This document shows, in pieces, positions 1-8,369 of a stretch of 64,000 nt of DNA. This DNA is from an uncultured virus (IMG/VR IMGVR_UViG_3300032050_000088) (Duplodnaviria > Heunggongvirae > Uroviricota > Caudoviricetes). Position 1 is the stretch's first letter; each line of letters starts with the position of its first letter. Location of the stretch: IMG/VR virus record IMGVR_UViG_3300032050_000088; one strand, written 5' to 3'. The position numbers and the translations under genes are program-made. Under the pieces are notes generated by a model, which worked only from the letters and a program-made list of their open reading frames with translations, ran no database searches and was not told the origin of the DNA.

Positions 1-129
1 ACTCCACCCACATTGTCTAAGGCTGGTGAATTTGTTAAACAATACGCAATGACCGAAACCAAAAAATTATCAGGACAAGAATTGGTAACTTTAAAGGACC
101 TCGGCAAAACAAACCAAACAAAAATTTAA
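1..129 (+). CDS. 3' end of a hypothetical protein (truncated by window edge)
   Basis: Open frame 1 from base 1 (TPPTLSKAGEF...QTKI) to TAA at 127-129. Confidence 0.6.
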   Translation, partial: TPPTLSKAGEFVKQYAMTETKKLSGQELVTLKDLGKTNQTKI

Positions 130-176
130 AATTTTTCCCTTCGGGGTTGTCAATCCCCCTACCCCCTTTTTTTATT
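128..176 (+). repeat. C-rich intergenic repeat, copy 1
   Basis: AAAATTTTTCCCTTCGGGGTTGTCAATCCCCCTACCCCCTTTTTTTATT, overlapping the upstream stop codon. Confidence 0.9.
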
Positions 177-183
177 CTGAGTA

Positions 184-190
184 TATTTAT
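184..190 (+). promoter_or_regulatory. TATTTAT motif, putative phage late promoter (representative of dozens of copies)
   Basis: Recurs a few nt upstream of the ATG of leader-bearing genes on both strands. Confidence 0.65.
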
Positions 191-196
191 TCTTAT

Positions 197-508
197 ATGA
201 AATATATCATCACCGAATCTCAGAATTTACAGCTTAGGAAAATTAAGTTCTTAAAGGACCATATTAAAGAACTATTATCTAAATACGAATGGTTTAATGG
301 TGATGTTAAGATAAATGTGTCAACTTGGGTTAACTCAGGTAAGGTATATCCTTTATATGAAATTTTGTTAGATACTGGTGGTCGTAGTTATCACTCTTAT
401 GATGAAGGTGAGGAGATTGAAGATAGTATTGACACCATGTTTACATTATTATTTCCTAAAGATGAAAATGACCGTCCCACTTCTGTATGGGATGTTGCTT
501 TTGTGTAA
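197..508 (+). CDS. hypothetical protein with MKYIITESQ leader
   Basis: ORF; upstream region and first 9 residues shared with 575..1111. Confidence 0.8.
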   Translation: MKYIITESQNLQLRKIKFLKDHIKELLSKYEWFNGDVKINVSTWVNSGKVYPLYEILLDTGGRSYHSYDEGEEIEDSIDTMFTLLFPKDENDRPTSVWDVAFV

Positions 509-554
509 AATTTTTTTCGTCGTTGTTCCAATCCCCCCTACCCCCTTTTTTATT
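507..554 (+). repeat. C-rich intergenic repeat, copy 2
   Basis: AAAATTTTTTT...CCAATCCCCCCTACCCCCTTTTTTATT, followed by the same CTGAGTATATTTATTCTTATATG as copy 1. Confidence 0.9.
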
Positions 555-574
555 CTGAGTATATTTATTCTTAT

Positions 575-1111
575 ATGAAATATATTATTACCGAGTCCCA
601 ATATGCCGGACTGTTGAAACTAATTAAAAAACACGAAGACGATATATACTTCTTGAAAAGTAATATAGTGTCTACAATTGAATCTGATATAACCGATGTT
701 TTACACTCCAAGTTTCAAGGTAGATTTGGACACTATGGTTATATGCAATATCCCGCATTTTTTATTTATCCTGAAAAATTGGCGTCCGAACTTGCGAAAT
801 ATAATGTAAGGGAACCATTTTTGGTTATTGATTATAATGTAAAAAAATCCACAGGTAAAGTTGAAATTAACATCTTTTGGAATTCAAACGTGTATTTTGA
901 TTATAAAAGAGAAGATGGTAGATGGGAAAGACATAGACAACCCAAAAATAGTATTAAGTGGGACTATATAAATAACCCTGATGGACAAGAGGAATTCTTA
1001 TCTAAATTGGAAAAGACCATTAACGGAAGAATTAGTGAAAAGGCTCAAAACAAAATTATTAATGATTTTGAAAAACTTTATTCAGGGCCATCACCTAAGT
1101 TTTTTTCCTAA
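575..1111 (+). CDS. hypothetical protein with MKYIITESQ leader
   Basis: ORF behind repeat and TATTTAT. Confidence 0.8.
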   Translation: MKYIITESQYAGLLKLIKKHEDDIYFLKSNIVSTIESDITDVLHSKFQGRFGHYGYMQYPAFFIYPEKLASELAKYNVREPFLVIDYNVKKSTGKVEINIFWNSNVYFDYKREDGRWERHRQPKNSIKWDYINNPDGQEEFLSKLEKTINGRISEKAQNKIINDFEKLYSGPSPKFFS

Positions 1112-1155
1112 ATTTTTCCCTTCGGGTTGTCAATCCCCCTACCCCCTTTTTTATT
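1110..1155 (+). repeat. C-rich intergenic repeat, copy 3
   Basis: AAATTTTTCCCTTCGGGTTGTCAATCCCCCTACCCCCTTTTTTATT. Confidence 0.9.
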
Positions 1156-1209
1156 TGGTCTATTTGCTTTATCTTTGCCCAAAGATTAATTAACAATATA
1201 TTTATTACT

Positions 1210-1335
1210 ATGAAACCTGAAGAAATCAACATTCCAAAAAACTACGTAGACAAAACTGACGAGACAAGGAACAAATTGATTCGAGATATGTTTCCTATTA
1301 GTGAAAAAAAGAATGAATCTAAAACAAAGAATTAA
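1210..1335 (+). CDS. small hypothetical protein (41 aa, MKPEEINIPK...), not in ORF track
   Basis: ATG 4 nt after TATTTAT; overlaps the next gene start. Confidence 0.45.
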   Translation: MKPEEINIPKNYVDKTDETRNKLIRDMFPISEKKNESKTKN

Positions 1336-2419
1336 GTTAATCTTAAATGAAGCTTTAGGAATTCCCGATGATATTGATATGATTGTCAATATCTATACGG
1401 ACCTTATAATTGATACCATTAAAAACGATATTGATAATGTTGACTCCAAAGAAGTTCAAATCAACGTTGAAGGGTATGAAGATGGGGAAGCATTCAAATA
1501 TGATTTCAAAATAAGTCCAAAAGAGTCTTGGGAGTATCTTAAAAACTCACCACTTTTCAATATGGAAGATTGGAAGAAGTTTCCAACCTTCATTAATAAA
1601 ATTAGTTTTTCTTTAATTACATTCCCTGATGGAATGTTTGAAGACCGGGGAGTTACATCCCCACAGATTGAAGCAACACATATTTTCCAACCATCAACAT
1701 TTCAAGTTAAACAAGTTAAGAAATGGGGTGAAGTTTATGCTATAAGTTCATATGACTTTTCAATTAATATGAAACAGTCCGACCTTGATAATATTGAGAA
1801 TATTAGAACAAAACTGAAATCAGTTATCGCTCACGAAATCTTCCACTCATATCAGTTGTATAAAAAATATAAGGGTACATCTAAAGTGGGATTTGGAAAG
1901 GAGGCCGTTATGAATTCTTTCCAACAGATTTTACAGAGTCAGTGGAACCCAGAGTGGAATAACTTTATGAGGGGGATATATTATGCTTTAAGGTTTGAAC
2001 AACAAGCAAGAACCCCCCAATTATACTATGAACTCAAAGACAAAGGTATAAGTTCATATGAGGATTTTATGAGAGAACTATCAAAGACAGAATATTTTAA
2101 TGAGATTAATTTTTTGAGAAACTTCTCGGCTCAAAAAATGATTGATTCCATTACAAAAATTGAAAGTTTTGAGGACCTAATTTTACAAGGGGCGAAAGGT
2201 CAAGAATTTAGAGAGAACATAGAAAATTGGAATGAATATCTTCAGATTATTGCTCGTAAGTTAAGGAATAATGGCGTTGATGTTGATAATTTCAGGGGAA
2301 TAAGTAATAGAGTTAGACAAGACCCAAGAACCTTCTTTGAATATTGGGAAAAGTTTTTTGACAAAAGAGCCGAAGAAATGTTTAGAAGAGCAACAAGGAT
2401 TTACGATAAGATTAAATAA
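1313..2419 (+). CDS. HEXXH zincin-like protein with MNLKQRIKLILNE leader
   Basis: AHEIFHSYQ motif with downstream Glu (FEQQA); paralog of 46533..47573; start moved to the ATG at 1313. Confidence 0.7.
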   Translation: MNLKQRIKLILNEALGIPDDIDMIVNIYTDLIIDTIKNDIDNVDSKEVQINVEGYEDGEAFKYDFKISPKESWEYLKNSPLFNMEDWKKFPTFINKISFSLITFPDGMFEDRGVTSPQIEATHIFQPSTFQVKQVKKWGEVYAISSYDFSINMKQSDLDNIENIRTKLKSVIAHEIFHSYQLYKKYKGTSKVGFGKEAVMNSFQQILQSQWNPEWNNFMRGIYYALRFEQQARTPQLYYELKDKGISSYEDFMRELSKTEYFNEINFLRNFSAQKMIDSITKIESFEDLILQGAKGQEFRENIENWNEYLQIIARKLRNNGVDVDNFRGISNRVRQDPRTFFEYWEKFFDKRAEEMFRRATRIYDKIK

Positions 2420-2429
2420 TTTATAACAT

Positions 2430-2471
2430 ATTTCCCTTCGGGTTGTCAATCCCCCAACCCCCTTTTTTATT
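2430..2471 (+). repeat. C-rich intergenic repeat, copy 4
   Basis: ATTTCCCTTCGGGTTGTCAATCCCCCAACCCCCTTTTTTATT. Confidence 0.9.
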
Positions 2472-2489
2472 CCTAGTATATTTATTGAT

Positions 2490-2834
2490 ATGAATAATAT
2501 TGAACAATATAGAAAAAGGTTCTTTATGTTAATGGAGTCATCAATGGGTGATGTTAAACCATTAATCTTGGAAACCAGTTTAGATTTGAATACTGCAACC
2601 ATATATTGGATGAGTTGTGGAGGTGATGAAGTTGAATTAACTCCCGATTCTAAGAAACTGTTATTACCTGGTAAGGTAATAAATAATACACAATATTATT
2701 ATTTTGATTCTGAACCTAATGACGCCATTGGTGAATATAAAATTATGGAATGTCTTGGACCTGAGATTGGCAAACAAGATGATTTGTATATTGATGGGGA
2801 TTCGGGTAAATTATTCTTAACTAAGAATTATTAA
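2490..2834 (+). CDS. hypothetical protein with LMES(S/T)MGDV(K/R)P-type leader
   Basis: N-terminal 28 aa shared with 12167 and 13966. Confidence 0.8.
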   Translation: MNNIEQYRKRFFMLMESSMGDVKPLILETSLDLNTATIYWMSCGGDEVELTPDSKKLLLPGKVINNTQYYYFDSEPNDAIGEYKIMECLGPEIGKQDDLYIDGDSGKLFLTKNY

Positions 2835-2839
2835 GAGGT

Positions 2840-3115
2840 ATGGACTACATTGTAAATTACTCACAACTTGCGGCATGCATTCGTAGAAGGTTTTCTATTG
2901 AAGACATAAATCAGATTATACGTTCAGTTAAGGAACAGATTGAAGATGGTGAGAGTGTGGACACGGCGGTGTATGATACAATCAGACATTATATCGCATT
3001 AAAACGACCTACCCGTATTAATGACGAGGGAACCGAACAACAATATTGGGATTCTTATATCAAATATGAAATCCCCCTTGTTGAATTTGTTAAACATGTT
3101 TTGGAATTAAAATAA
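2840..3115 (+). CDS. hypothetical protein
   Basis: ORF, tight operon spacing. Confidence 0.7.
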   Translation: MDYIVNYSQLAACIRRRFSIEDINQIIRSVKEQIEDGESVDTAVYDTIRHYIALKRPTRINDEGTEQQYWDSYIKYEIPLVEFVKHVLELK

Positions 3116-3120
3116 TTCCT

Positions 3121-3165
3121 AAAATTTTTCCCTTCGGGTTATCAATCCCCCTACCCCCTTTTTTT
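3121..3165 (+). repeat. C-rich intergenic repeat, copy 5
   Basis: AAAATTTTTCCCTTCGGGTTATCAATCCCCCTACCCCCTTTTTTT. Confidence 0.9.
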
Positions 3166-3230
3166 AAAAGGGTTCCCCATTGTTGAAAAAAAATTTCTGG
3201 AAAAAATTTTGGGGAATTGGGACTTTGTGG

Positions 3231-3238
3231 TATCTTTG
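3231..3238 (+). promoter_or_regulatory. Bacteroidota sigma-A -7 box (TATCTTTG)
   Basis: Matches TAnnTTTG, 16 nt upstream of the ATG at 3255. Confidence 0.65.
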
Positions 3239-3254
3239 TCAAAAATTAATCACA

Positions 3255-4178
3255 ATGAGTAAAGTTACAATGGAAATCGGACAACGTTTAATTATTGAGA
3301 AGTATGTGCAAGATGCTTATGACAGATTGAAAAATGTTCCAAACCCCAAAATGACAGATAGTCTTCATAAATTCATATGTGATTGTGTGGGACATCTTCC
3401 GGCAACCTATGGTCCTAAGATTCAGAATAAAATTATTCGTGAACTTAAAGCCATTGTTGTATCAAGTGATAAGGAACGAGGTGACTTTAGAAAGAATGTC
3501 ACATTCTTTGAGGTTAAATGTTCATTCCTTTCAAAGGGGGTTAGCTATTCAATTACCAATATTCGAAATTGGCATAACTTTGACTATTATGTTCTTTGTT
3601 TTATTGATGTTACCAATAACTTTACTCCAAACTTCTATGTTATCAAAAAGGATGATATCAATAACTTCAAACTAAGGGGGATGAACGGTACTGCCGAATC
3701 TAATACCGTTAATCAGAATGTTGGTATGCGTACCGCCATTCAAGTTGATTCCCCTGATATGGAACTTTTGAAAAGTTTGAATCTTTTGAAGGACAATAGT
3801 TTTGAATCTTTATATGAGTTTGTTGATTCATTCAAGATGAAAAAGACAAAACCTAATGGATTTAAATTTAAATTCAATGGACAGAATTTTGATAGTGATA
3901 ATGTTACCGAGAACTACATTAATTTCTTGAAATATTTTTTGTATATTAATCAGGGTTCCAATTCTTTGGGTATTCAAAACATTCAACGTTCTTTGGGTAA
4001 GTTCTTTTCTTTCAATGTTAAAAATCTTTCAAGTTGTACAAGAAAGAAAAAACAATATGTTAAGATTATGGATACGTTCTATGTTTCAACATACACATCA
4101 ACCCAAAAGAAAATTGGTCATATTCAGAAAATATGTGACTCTTATCCATATGAACTTAACTTTGAATTCTATGGTTAA
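3255..4178 (+). CDS. putative PD-(D/E)xK nuclease with a C-terminal SeqA-like domain
   Basis: ERGD...FFEVKCS catalytic-like motif; C-terminal FYVSTYTSTQKKIGHIQKI; start moved to 3255. Confidence 0.5.
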   Translation: MSKVTMEIGQRLIIEKYVQDAYDRLKNVPNPKMTDSLHKFICDCVGHLPATYGPKIQNKIIRELKAIVVSSDKERGDFRKNVTFFEVKCSFLSKGVSYSITNIRNWHNFDYYVLCFIDVTNNFTPNFYVIKKDDINNFKLRGMNGTAESNTVNQNVGMRTAIQVDSPDMELLKSLNLLKDNSFESLYEFVDSFKMKKTKPNGFKFKFNGQNFDSDNVTENYINFLKYFLYINQGSNSLGIQNIQRSLGKFFSFNVKNLSSCTRKKKQYVKIMDTFYVSTYTSTQKKIGHIQKICDSYPYELNFEFYG

Positions 4179-4184
4179 TTTGCT

Positions 4185-4221
4185 ATCCCCCATTTCTTAT
4201 TGTAGAGTGGGGGATTTTTTT
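4185..4221 (+). terminator. intrinsic terminator
   Basis: ATCCCCCA...TGGGGGAT stem plus T-run. Confidence 0.8.
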
Positions 4222-4225
4222 CTAT

Positions 4226-4271
4226 AAATTTTTTTCGACGGTTTCCGATTCCCCCTACCCCCTTTTTTATT
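4226..4271 (+). repeat. C-rich intergenic repeat, copy 6
   Basis: AAATTTTTTT...CCGATTCCCCCTACCCCCTTTTTTATT. Confidence 0.85.
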
Positions 4272-4289
4272 TATAGTATATTTATTTAT

Positions 4290-5351
4290 ATGTCTAAAAG
4301 ATTTGTAATTAGTGAAAACGAAATCCGAGAAATCAGGTCAATGTACGGATTATTAAATGAACAAGAAAGAGTTATAAATGCGTCTACATCTCCTGAAAAA
4401 ATGTCCAACTTTCCTGGAAATCAAAAATTTGGTTTGAGAGGGGATAAAACTAAAGAAAATTTTTATTTCAAGTCAACATTAAAAAATTTAATATTTGCCA
4501 GTACTGGTGATGCAACAAATTATCTCTCAAGTTTCACTCCTACAAATGATGCTAAACAATATGTTGACTACATAAAAATTGGGGATAATGAATTAACAAA
4601 TCAAGGAAGTATTAGTTTTGATTTGAGAACTTTACCTTCCTCAACTGAAGTTATTGCGACTCACAATGGTTTATTGTTATTGAGAAGAATGATGAATGAA
4701 TTGGGAGGACAAAAAAATGGAAAAGTAACTTTGAGTATGAGTTCGGAGGTTAGAGAGTCGGGGCAAAAAAACTATACAATATCAGGTTTATCTTCCTCAA
4801 TAATTGCCGGATTCAATGGGTTATCATCTGTTTTGGGAGTTTTGATTGTTCCCCAACAAGAAAGAGAGAAAATAAGTGATGGATACGCTGTCCAATATTT
4901 TAAAGATAAAAGTGACGATGAACTTAAAAGTATGGCCCTAAAATTTATGAAAAACATAACATCTTACTATTTTTTGGCAAAACAAGATGTTCCCCAAATA
5001 GATACAATAATTACTGATAAACAATTTACAACTGCTGCTGACACAAGTGCATTTGAAACTTATTATGGTAATGGACTAACCAGAGATAATTTATCTGTTT
5101 TAAATTCATCTTGGAAAAAATTACAAGACGAGTTAAAAAGTATTATGATATCCAACATGAAATTGTATTACCCTGAGGATTTCCAAGGGTTAGCCGAGAA
5201 AGCGGCTGAGATGGTTAAATCAGCATATTCTACAGATAAGTTTAATGAAAATTACAGTAGATTATTCAAACAAAGTGAACTTGGTAGATTATCTCCAATC
5301 CAACAAGGTACAAAAACCCAATCTTCCACTTCTTATCAATTAGGAAAGTAA
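4290..5351 (+). CDS. hypothetical protein with MSKRFVISENE...LLNEQ leader
   Basis: Long ORF behind TATTTAT. Confidence 0.8.
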   Translation: MSKRFVISENEIREIRSMYGLLNEQERVINASTSPEKMSNFPGNQKFGLRGDKTKENFYFKSTLKNLIFASTGDATNYLSSFTPTNDAKQYVDYIKIGDNELTNQGSISFDLRTLPSSTEVIATHNGLLLLRRMMNELGGQKNGKVTLSMSSEVRESGQKNYTISGLSSSIIAGFNGLSSVLGVLIVPQQEREKISDGYAVQYFKDKSDDELKSMALKFMKNITSYYFLAKQDVPQIDTIITDKQFTTAADTSAFETYYGNGLTRDNLSVLNSSWKKLQDELKSIMISNMKLYYPEDFQGLAEKAAEMVKSAYSTDKFNENYSRLFKQSELGRLSPIQQGTKTQSSTSYQLGK

Positions 5352-5353
5352 TT

Positions 5354-5638
5354 TTATTTATAAACTTTTACCGTCTTAACGTTAAACCAAGTCGAAGTTT
5401 CAGGTGCGACATAACTTTTTCCATCAATAATAATGAATTCGTTTTCATAGATTACGGTGGTGTCGCCCTGAGAAAAAACAAGTTCTTTATAAACCGTGAG
5501 AGCTGGCTCCTCAACATATGAAGTATCAGTATAAACTGTAATTACCCTGTCACTATCGGAATCCTTGACTGACAATTGGGTTGTCTTACAAGAAAACAAG
5601 TATAGAGAAATAAAAGAGAATACGATTATTTTTTTCAT
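5354..5638 (-). CDS. small lipoprotein
   Basis: MKK + hydrophobic stretch + LFSC lipobox; upstream TATTTTTG box. Confidence 0.75.
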   Translation of the reverse strand: MKKIIVFSFISLYLFSCKTTQLSVKDSDSDRVITVYTDTSYVEEPALTVYKELVFSQGDTTVIYENEFIIIDGKSYVAPETSTWFNVKTVKVYK

Positions 5639-5685
5639 GTGGTTTATTATTTAACTACAAAAATACAACAAAACTAACCTAAAAC

Positions 5686-5731
5686 AAAATTTTTTATTCT
5701 GTGTTACCAATCTCCTACCCCCTTTTTTATT
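5686..5731 (+). repeat. C-rich intergenic repeat, copy 7 (degenerate)
   Basis: AAAATTTTTT...CCAATCTCCTACCCCCTTTTTTATT. Confidence 0.8.
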
Positions 5732-5741
5732 TAAATCTATA

Positions 5742-5770
5742 TTGACATAGTAATTCATTTTGTTTATCAT
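5742..5770 (+). promoter_or_regulatory. canonical sigma70-like promoter TTGACA-17-TATCAT
   Basis: Exact 17-nt spacing, upstream of the fasciclin gene. Confidence 0.6.
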
Positions 5771-5792
5771 TATGAAAAATTAATTAAACAAT

Positions 5793-6935
5793 ATGAAAAA
5801 AACATTATTTTCTTTTATCCTAACCGTATTGAGTATTTGTTCATTCGCTCAAAACACGGTTGTTGACATTATCGTTAACAGTGCTGAACATGACACATTG
5901 GAAGCTGCCGTTATTGCTGCAGAACTTGCCGATGATTTATCGGGACCTGGTCCATTTACAGTTTTTGCCCCAACTGATGAGGCTTTTGCGGCTCTTCCTT
6001 CAGGTACAATCGAAACTCTACTAGCTGACCCAACTGGAACACTTGCTCAGATTCTTTTGTATCACGTTGTTGGTGGTCAAGCTCTTTCAACAGATTTGAG
6101 TGATGGTCAAATTATTGCAACACTACAAGGACAAACTGTAGAGGTTACTATTAATGCCGAGGGAGTATTCATCAACGATGCTCAAGTTATAGTTGCTGAC
6201 ATCACGGCTACCAACGGAGTAGTTCACGTAATTGACGCTATCCTTCTACCACCGGCTCCACAACCAACAACTACTGTTGTAGATGTAATTGTTAATAGTG
6301 ATGTTCACAATACACTTGAAGCGGCTGTTGTTGCAGCAGGTTTGGTTGAAACACTTAGTGGTACTGGACCGTTCACCGTATTTGCTCCTACTGATAACGC
6401 GTTTGCCGCACTTCCTGCCGGTACAGTTGAGGCTCTTTTGGCGAACATCGGAGAACTACAAAACATATTACTTTACCACGTTGCGTCAGGTTCAGTTTTG
6501 TCAACTGATTTGACAAATGGTCAAGAAATTCCAACTTTAACGTTCTTCCCTCCACTTGTTGTAACAATTGATAACAATGGTGTTATGATTAATAACGCAA
6601 TGGTTACAGTTGCTGACATTGTTGCCGATAATGGTGTTATTCACGTAATTGACGCAGTTCTTTTGCCACAACAACCAAGTTTTGTTTCAAATGGTGAGAC
6701 AATCGGTAGTGTGGATGTTTATCCAAATCCGGCAAATGACATTCTTAACGTTTCAACAAATAATCAAGGTGTAATTGAGATTTATTCATCTGAGGGTAAA
6801 TTGATTAGTACAACAAGTTATTCAGGTCCAAACACTGTGGTTAATGTTGAAGAATTGAGCAGAGGAAATTACATTGCGGTTGTTAGAGACAATAACGGAA
6901 CCGTTCAGTTGTCCAAATTCACAAAAAACATTTAA
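5793..6935 (+). CDS. secreted protein with two fasciclin (FAS1) domains and a T9SS type A C-terminal domain
   Basis: Signal peptide; two GPFTVFAPT...NGV(V/I)HVID repeats; VYPNPA...IYSSEGK...LSRGNY tail. Confidence 0.9.
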   Translation: MKKTLFSFILTVLSICSFAQNTVVDIIVNSAEHDTLEAAVIAAELADDLSGPGPFTVFAPTDEAFAALPSGTIETLLADPTGTLAQILLYHVVGGQALSTDLSDGQIIATLQGQTVEVTINAEGVFINDAQVIVADITATNGVVHVIDAILLPPAPQPTTTVVDVIVNSDVHNTLEAAVVAAGLVETLSGTGPFTVFAPTDNAFAALPAGTVEALLANIGELQNILLYHVASGSVLSTDLTNGQEIPTLTFFPPLVVTIDNNGVMINNAMVTVADIVADNGVIHVIDAVLLPQQPSFVSNGETIGSVDVYPNPANDILNVSTNNQGVIEIYSSEGKLISTTSYSGPNTVVNVEELSRGNYIAVVRDNNGTVQLSKFTKNI

Positions 6936-6956
6936 TAATTAAATTATAATTATTTT

Positions 6957-6984
6957 AAACCCCTCCCACAAAGAGGGGTTTTTT
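6957..6984 (+). terminator. intrinsic terminator
   Basis: AAACCCCTC/GAGGGGTTT stem plus T-run. Confidence 0.8.
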
Positions 6985-7014
6985 ATTTGAAATTTATTTC
7001 CTATATTTATTATT

Positions 7015-7449
7015 ATGGAAGAAGAAGAAAATATTATTGGTTTAACCGCATGGGATAATTTAACCACAACTACTACTGGTGATTACTTAGTTGCGGGAGG
7101 TAACCTTTTATATAATTCATATACCTCATGGAGTGCCCCATATGATATGGATTTTAAACTACCTGATATTTTTTTGAAGGTTATTAAACTAATGATTCCT
7201 GAAATTAAAAATGTCATTGTACGTAATTCTTCTTTGACTTTAAATTCATTGAATCAAATTGAAAACCTAACAATTAACTTGTTTATTATTTTGGATGAAA
7301 CATCTTCTGGTGATAAGGACTATGAAGAAAAAATTCGTGATTTGTTTAGAATGACATTTTCAGACATTGACTATGTTACACTAAATGTTAAACAATTTGA
7401 TTCTAATAATAAAAAATTCTCTGAGATTCTTAGATTGTTTGGTAAATAA
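7015..7449 (+). CDS. hypothetical protein
   Basis: ORF behind TATTTAT. Confidence 0.7.
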   Translation: MEEEENIIGLTAWDNLTTTTTGDYLVAGGNLLYNSYTSWSAPYDMDFKLPDIFLKVIKLMIPEIKNVIVRNSSLTLNSLNQIENLTINLFIILDETSSGDKDYEEKIRDLFRMTFSDIDYVTLNVKQFDSNNKKFSEILRLFGK

Positions 7450-7619
7450 TGTTTTGGTTTCTATTTGGTTTTTTTATTTTAATTGCAGCTCTTATTGGTT
7501 TTGTGTCTGAGTTCTTTGAACAGATGAAGACAAGTGAGTATGAAATTGTTCGAATCATTTATTGGATTTTTGTTGTTGTTGTGTGGGTGTCCATTTTTAT
7601 TTGGTTGATTAATCTATAA
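7449..7619 (+). CDS. small two-TM membrane protein (56 aa), not in ORF track
   Basis: MFWFLFGFFILIAALIGFVS...IIYWIFVVVVWVSIFIWLINL; start overlaps the upstream stop. Confidence 0.6.
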   Translation: MFWFLFGFFILIAALIGFVSEFFEQMKTSEYEIVRIIYWIFVVVVWVSIFIWLINL

Positions 7620-7662
7620 AAATTTTTTATGTTCCGATTACCCCCTACGCCTTTTTTTTATT
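7618..7662 (+). repeat. C-rich intergenic repeat, copy 8 (degenerate)
   Basis: AAAATTTTTT...CCGATTACCCCCTACGCCTTTTTTTTATT. Confidence 0.8.
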
Positions 7663-7693
7663 AACTTTGTATTTATTAATATATTTTTATCCT

Positions 7694-8311
7694 ATGAGTA
7701 AAGAAATGAGAGAAATGATAAATAAGTTTGGTAATGTACTGAACGAATCATCTTTAAATCGTATATATTCCCACATTCAAAAATATGACTGTGCAATTAT
7801 CACCGCCTTTAGAAGTTCTATGGTAAATTGTATGGATGAAGAAGATGAGAGAAAACTTAATATTAGAAACAACAAATCTCGTAATAAGAATTTGAAGTCC
7901 GCTCTTATCTCTTTGGGGTATGGTGTCACAAATGTTAAGGGTACTTACGTTGAAAACTTTTTATCAGATAATCAGATTGAAGTTAAGGAAGATAGTTACT
8001 TTGTTGTTAATCTTTCTGATGACCCGCGGTTTATTGATAAGATAAAAAAACTTGGTGAGATGTTTTGTCAGGATAGTGTTATGATTTTGGAGAAGGGTGG
8101 TGATAACAATTATTTGTTCGGAACAAATAAATCTGATTTCCCTGGTTATGGGGAAAGTATTCCTGTTGGAAATTTTAAACCTGGAATTGAATCCGAGTTT
8201 ATGACAAAGGTTGGTGGCCGACCATTTGCCCTTGAATCATTTGGTGATTTGCAAATTAACTCTAAGCGTCTTGTTAAAGAATTTGCAAAACCTATTATTG
8301 ATTTGTTGTAA
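7694..8311 (+). CDS. phage protein with leader ending VLNES
   Basis: ORF; AIITAFR...NK.RNK.L...KEDS.FV...CQDSV pattern; start moved to 7694. Confidence 0.7.
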   Translation: MSKEMREMINKFGNVLNESSLNRIYSHIQKYDCAIITAFRSSMVNCMDEEDERKLNIRNNKSRNKNLKSALISLGYGVTNVKGTYVENFLSDNQIEVKEDSYFVVNLSDDPRFIDKIKKLGEMFCQDSVMILEKGGDNNYLFGTNKSDFPGYGESIPVGNFKPGIESEFMTKVGGRPFALESFGDLQINSKRLVKEFAKPIIDLL

Positions 8312-8350
8312 AAATTTTTCTTACCAATCCCTCTATCCCCTTTTTTTATT
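8310..8350 (+). repeat. C-rich intergenic repeat, copy 9 (degenerate)
   Basis: AAAAATTTTTC...CCAATCCCTCTATCCCCTTTTTTTATT, then CTGAGTATATTTAT. Confidence 0.8.
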
Positions 8351-8369
8351 CTGAGTATATTTATTTTAT

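Noticed and set aside
128..176. G-quadruplex on the minus strand of the repeat
   Set aside because: Only three G-runs of 3 or more in the best copies and two in the degenerate ones.
128..8350. C-rich repeats as a CRISPR array or classical integron attC sites
   Set aside because: The intervening sequences are whole genes of 0.3-2 kb; no cas or integrase gene in the window; no attC-type GTTRRRY inverted structure seen.
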